DNA from: Hallerella sp.
Lineage (GTDB): Bacteria; Actinomycetota; Coriobacteriia; Coriobacteriales; Eggerthellaceae
Length of the DNA stretch: 29,778 nucleotides
Direction of reading: 5' to 3'
NCBI GenBank assembly: GCA_963607695.1
Contig: CAVDDP010000043.1
Location: 1 to 29,778 of the forward strand
A program made the translations under genes and the position numbers. Within the stretch, counting starts at the first letter, position 1; every line of letters begins with the position of its first letter. A model generated the notes under the pieces. The model was not told the origin of the DNA. It saw only the letters and a list, made by a program, of their open reading frames with translations, and searched no databases. Shown here in pieces: positions 25,831 through 29,778 of this stretch.

Positions 25831-26295
25831 CTAGGCAACAGGCTGGCCAGTTTTAACATCAATTGCTGCACCTGTTGCAAAGTTGGTGAGCGTATTATTC
25901 ATGGGGTCATATTGCATACCCTCGGATAATCCCTGGTGGAAGCGCTCAATTTCTGCCTGGCGTGGAGATTCCGTTTTCTTATACCAAGGGAAGTTTCCAT
26001 ACTCAGCAATGTGCTGGTACGGCATAACATCGCCCTCTTTAACAGGATAAATCTTACAAATCATGGCTTTAATAGGTGCGCCAACGCCGCCCTGACCTGT
26101 TACAAAAGCACTAGTGCAGTTGTTGGGGTTTGACTCAAACGTACCAAACAGGAACGGTTCAGCACCTTCTGTCTCAGGGAACCACCAGCCGTGTTCCGCG
26201 TGAACCGTATTCTCGTTTACCACATTGCTTATTTTGGCAATTTGGATTTAACACCTTCCGTAGAAAGCGTCTCAACACAGCATTCACCTTTTAAA
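25831..26295 (-). pseudogene. C-terminal remnant of a molybdopterin-dependent oxidoreductase catalytic subunit (DMSO reductase family)
   Basis: VHAEHGWWFPE..EP.LFG.FESNPN..GAPIK..CKIY matches the end of the molybdopterin dinucleotide-binding domain. Upstream, the similarity continues as FYGRC*IQIAK across an in-frame TAA (26248-26250) and an apparent frameshift near 26267. The rest of the gene is absent. Confidence 0.82.
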
Positions 26296-26346
26296 TTTTG
26301 GTGTTTGGTGTTTGGCGTGACTTTTGGATAGCTACCAAGAGATGTA

Positions 26347-27327
26347 TTAGGCGTTTTTGAGCCGCTCTATACAAGCGTGACCTTCGCGAACAGCGCACAC
26401 AAAAAGTGCGGGGTCCATGCCACCCATCTTAAAGCCGAAAAAGCCATAGCTTTTTCCAAATTGGCCATACTCGCGCATGCAGCGAATAACTTCTTGCTCA
26501 ACAACTTCTGGCGCCGCATCCATTTGCCCTGGGGCACCCTGGGTGTCGTAGCCGCCCAAAACCGAGATTTTGTCGCCATATTTTTCAAGAATTCCCACCA
26601 AATCATTTGAGGGCTGAGCACTTTGCCATGCCACCGAGCCTTCTTCAATAACGTCTTCAATAATGTCTTCGCACTTACCACAGATATGAATCTCAGGGAT
26701 TATTCCCATTTCGCGTGCAGCATTGTTCATGCGTGTGTGAGCAGGCTTAATGAACTTGCGATAGATCTCTGGCGACATGAAAAGGGAACGGGCAGTAGCA
26801 ACGTCATCGTAGTGCACATAGGTATCGGGCTTTAGGTAGTGGTTAACGCGTTCAAGCAGGGCAATTTTGTAGTCTGCCAACTTTTCGCAAAGGGCAAGCG
26901 TTGCCTCGGGCTCTTCGTAGAAGGCACAAAGCGCCTCTTCAAAGCCAAGTAAGTGACCAAGCCTTAAATAGGTGGAATTCCACGTGTGATATTCAACAAC
27001 TTTTTCATTGCGGTCAACTTGAGCTAATTGCTGGTCTGCATAACTCTGCCAATCAATGGCATCTAAGTCAGGCAAAACAAGCTGGTTTTCCCAATCGCAT
27101 ACATCGGTAATGGGAATAATTTTGGGGTCAAGTGCAGGCTGACCGTTTGCACCTTCAGTGGGAACCCAATTATTGCCAAAGCCATCTAGCCCTTCTTGGC
27201 CAACCGGTCCGTTTTCCCAGGTCTCAGCTTGACCTCCAAGCATGTACATATCCACGCCAAGAACGGGAATCCAGTCAACCGGTTCGTGATTGAGAAATGC
27301 TAAGTAGTTTTCGCGCGTGTTCATCAT
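26347..27327 (-). CDS. Uroporphyrinogen decarboxylase / MtaA-CmuA methyltransferase family protein
   Basis: MNTREN, DGFG..W, LLGFEEAL, YDDVA..LFMSPE.YR.FIKP, HICG and GGYD motifs. Start moved to ATG 27327 (GAAGGAG RBS). Confidence 0.88.
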   Translation of the reverse strand: MMNTRENYLAFLNHEPVDWIPVLGVDMYMLGGQAETWENGPVGQEGLDGFGNNWVPTEGANGQPALDPKIIPITDVCDWENQLVLPDLDAIDWQSYADQQLAQVDRNEKVVEYHTWNSTYLRLGHLLGFEEALCAFYEEPEATLALCEKLADYKIALLERVNHYLKPDTYVHYDDVATARSLFMSPEIYRKFIKPAHTRMNNAAREMGIIPEIHICGKCEDIIEDVIEEGSVAWQSAQPSNDLVGILEKYGDKISVLGGYDTQGAPGQMDAAPEVVEQEVIRCMREYGQFGKSYGFFGFKMGGMDPALFVCAVREGHACIERLKNA

Positions 27328-27633
27328 GGGAAGCTCCTTCCGGTAGTGGGGTTTGCGCTGGGCGTGGGTGCCCGGAATGTGCTTGGGCGCTGGTGTGCCT
27401 GGCGCGCTGGCCGTGCCCAGCACGTTGGTCACGCAAGGCGAGCTCGGCGCGCACAAAAGCGTGCGCTTGGGCTTATGAGCTCACAATCGTGCGTTAGCAC
27501 GGCGTGCTCAAAAACCCAGCCTAACGTGCTGTTAAGCTCATTATGCACGGCAAATTGCGTGTTTAAAATGCTTATTTCTAAGGAATATTTGCAGGCGCAC
27601 GCATCATTTTGATGCGTGCTTGCACGGTGCTTC

Positions 27634-29124
27634 TTACCACTTCAAAAGCAGCGCGGAAAGCAACAAATAGGTGGGGTCTTCCAGATTATCAACGTCTATG
27701 CCAGAAATTTCATAGATGCGCTTAAGGCGGCGCTGCAATGAGGTGCGATGAATTCCCAGCTCCTCTGCAGCTTTTGTAATACTTTGACCGCACCTCAAAT
27801 AAACAACAAGCGTTTTTGCAAGGTGCGTATCGCTCTCGTTGTCTTTCTCATGCAAAAGGCGCAATGCGGGGTGGCAGAGCTCTTCCGCATCAATTTCTTC
27901 CGCTGCTTTTTCAAGCATATACGGCAAGGCGTAGTCGCTAAAGCTATGCCGCCAAAAAGAAGGGTTATCGCGCCCTCCTATTTTTAGGGCAGCCCCGGCT
28001 TCAAGATAACCTGTACGTATCATGCAAGCATTGGCAAGCACGCAACTTTCCCCTGTTATGCAGGCATAATCTTTGCACAGCTTTGAAATAATGGCATCCA
28101 CTTTTGCCCGTGCGTTGGCAAAAGACGTGCCTTCTTTTCGTGCGAAATGGGAAAGATTGATAAACCAAACTATTTCGCCTGTGATCTCAATGGCAAACGA
28201 TGTTACCTTTTCTTCAAGAGTGCGGCAAAAATAGGTGGGGGAGCTTCTCCAGTATGCCCCTTTTTGAAAAACAAAGCGCACCACCTGGGCTTTGTCGGTG
28301 CCGCACCACCCTTGATATGTTAGGGAAGAAAGAAATGAAGAGTCCCAAGGCGTGCGCCCCAGGGCAACATCGGTTAAATATTCTGACCAAAGCTTAGATT
28401 CGCCACTGCTCACCCATTGCCGTTTTGTTTGTATGACGTGCTGCCCAACGGCGCAAGCAAAGCGCTGCGCCAAAGACTCAAGGCCTCTTTCAAGGTGTGT
28501 TTGATTGTTTTCCAGGGTAAATAAAACGCGTCCTATATAGTTTCCTTCGTCAAAAACATTAATGCAGTAAGAGAAAAGCCCTTCTTCTCCGGTGTAATAA
28601 AAAGGCGTGGTATGTTTAGGTGCATCTTGATATTCATCGTCCATGAGTAAGGAATCAAGGGTGCTGCGCTGGTCAAACTCGTTTTTCATTTTGCGATTGA
28701 TGTCACTGCGATAGTTTGCAGAAGAAGCAATAAGGTCAGGTTTTTCGTCAAAAAAAGCTACGGGAAGCGAAAGAAGCTGTTCGCCCACATTGAAAAGCTC
28801 TTGCAAGGGTTTGCCTTCCAAAACGCACTCGTTAAGAGCCGAATCCCATGCGTAAAGCTCTACCAGTGCCGTAGTAGTTTTTGCAACAATATCTTGCACG
28901 GAAAGTTCGGCGTTTTTGCAGACCAGAACAATCTGTTGGCGAAGCTTTGCGCTTTGCAGGCGGGCATCTTCTTCTTTTGCAACATAGAGGGCACAAGGAA
29001 CAATTTTGTGGTCGCCGAAGGGAAGAATGCTTGTTATTTTTGCTTCAGCGTTACCGATGATCCGGGAAACAGTGATTCCGCGAAGTACCGCAACGCTTGC
29101 TATCTCTGAAGCCGTGATTTCCAT
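27634..29124 (-). CDS. PucR/CdaR-family transcriptional regulator
   Basis: C-terminal L..TL.VYL.CGQSITKAAEELGIHRTSLQRRLKRI helix-turn-helix, preceded by a GGDEF-like region. Start moved to ATG 29124 (AAGGAG RBS). Confidence 0.9.
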   Translation of the reverse strand: MEITASEIASVAVLRGITVSRIIGNAEAKITSILPFGDHKIVPCALYVAKEEDARLQSAKLRQQIVLVCKNAELSVQDIVAKTTTALVELYAWDSALNECVLEGKPLQELFNVGEQLLSLPVAFFDEKPDLIASSANYRSDINRKMKNEFDQRSTLDSLLMDDEYQDAPKHTTPFYYTGEEGLFSYCINVFDEGNYIGRVLFTLENNQTHLERGLESLAQRFACAVGQHVIQTKRQWVSSGESKLWSEYLTDVALGRTPWDSSFLSSLTYQGWCGTDKAQVVRFVFQKGAYWRSSPTYFCRTLEEKVTSFAIEITGEIVWFINLSHFARKEGTSFANARAKVDAIISKLCKDYACITGESCVLANACMIRTGYLEAGAALKIGGRDNPSFWRHSFSDYALPYMLEKAAEEIDAEELCHPALRLLHEKDNESDTHLAKTLVVYLRCGQSITKAAEELGIHRTSLQRRLKRIYEISGIDVDNLEDPTYLLLSALLLKW

Positions 29125-29170
29125 GGTTCTCCTTTTCGGCGTGGGTTTAGGGCGGTTTTTTTTGGGGAAG

Positions 29171-29269
29171 CCCTGCGCTGCCTGCGCTGCCCGCGTTGCC
29201 CGTGCTGCTCGCACTGCCTGTGCTGTCTGCGCTGCTCGCGCCGCCTGTGTTATCTGCGCTGCCCGTGCG
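29171..29269. repeat. 9-bp degenerate tandem repeat, 11 copies (consensus GCCTGCGCT), upstream of the regulator
   Basis: ccctgcgct/gcctgcgct/gcccgcgtt/gcccgtgct/gctcgcact/gcctgtgct/gtctgcgct/gctcgcgcc/gcctgtgtt/atctgcgct/gcccgtgcg. Confidence 0.85.
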
Positions 29270-29421
29270 CAGCTTTTGGGGTTGCCCGAGCCCCCCGCGC
29301 GCAGCGTTTCCCTCTACAACGATATTCTAAAAAACATTACGGCCAATGGGAAGAGCGTTGAAAATCTTGGACCAAAACAGAATGGGGGTGGGAAGTATGC
29401 GTGTTTTCCTTCTAATTGCTT

Positions 29422-29667
29422 CTAATTGCTTTCGGCATAAACGCTAATTTCCACAATGTTGTAGCCGCGATATTCCACCGTTAGATGATTTCCCTGGTTA
29501 TCGTAGCCATAGAAGTACGTATCCTGGCGATTGTAATCTTTGTTGAACCCCCGCATTAATGCAAGCGGTTCTCGGTTGCCACAAAAGGGGCACACCAGCA
29601 TAATTTTGTCGTTGTCTAAAAGCATGGTTGCGCCGCATTCGCTGCATTCCATATGTTCGCTGCTCAT
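29422..29667 (-). CDS. Small zinc-ribbon protein, possibly an internally deleted remnant
   Basis: CSECG..CPFCG zinc ribbon followed by about 45 residues; ATG at 29667 with AAGG upstream. Confidence 0.6.
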   Translation of the reverse strand: MSSEHMECSECGATMLLDNDKIMLVCPFCGNREPLALMRGFNKDYNRQDTYFYGYDNQGNHLTVEYRGYNIVEISVYAESN

Positions 29668-29778
29668 AATCAACCTTATCTTTGTACGGTAAGCAAGGTA
29701 ATTTCTTTGAGTGTTATTGTACGAAAAACCGCATTGCTTGAATGCTACCTTTTTCTGTTTAGTTGGGAAAACGCATGA

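Noticed and set aside
26248..26250. Recoded stop (selenocysteine or pyrrolysine) in the molybdoenzyme fragment
   Set aside because: The codon is TAA, not TGA or TAG, and the nearby frameshift and truncation indicate decay.
24123..27327. Calling the UroD-family genes hemE
   Set aside because: They lack the N-terminal W.MRQAGR signature of true uroporphyrinogen decarboxylase.
1..29778. Mobile elements, tRNA or rRNA genes
   Set aside because: No transposase or integrase motifs, terminal repeats, or tRNA/rRNA-like sequence were recognised by eye.

Overview
This 29.8 kb chromosomal window probably comes from an anaerobic gut or rumen Coriobacteriia (Eggerthellaceae-like) bacterium; that is inferred from the protein families and not proven. 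Most of it is a cobalamin (B12) locus. A compact class-II-type cobalamin riboswitch (~22761-22865, minus strand) heads a tightly coupled minus-strand operon: small lipoprotein, BtuFCD-like ABC importer, then cbiD-cbiF-cbiG/H-cbiJ-cbiET-cbiA-cbiB-cobD-cbiP-cbiC. cbiL is transcribed divergently. A second, large class-I cobalamin riboswitch (~6361-6645), with its own promoter and terminator, controls two big secreted multidomain proteins. One is 1579 aa, with several NEAT-like beta domains, a DUF4430/transcobalamin-like domain and a C-terminal cohesin-X-dockerin. The other is a repeat protein running off the left edge whose beta domain resembles the ABC-operon lipoprotein. Together they are a candidate undescribed cohesin/dockerin-assembled surface corrinoid-scavenging system. 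The right end is an AT-richer, partly decayed catabolic module: PucR-family regulator, two UroD/MtaA-family proteins, a molybdoenzyme remnant, a 4Fe-4S subunit and an unannotated 56-aa Cys-rich protein. All domain calls were made by eye; no database searches were run.
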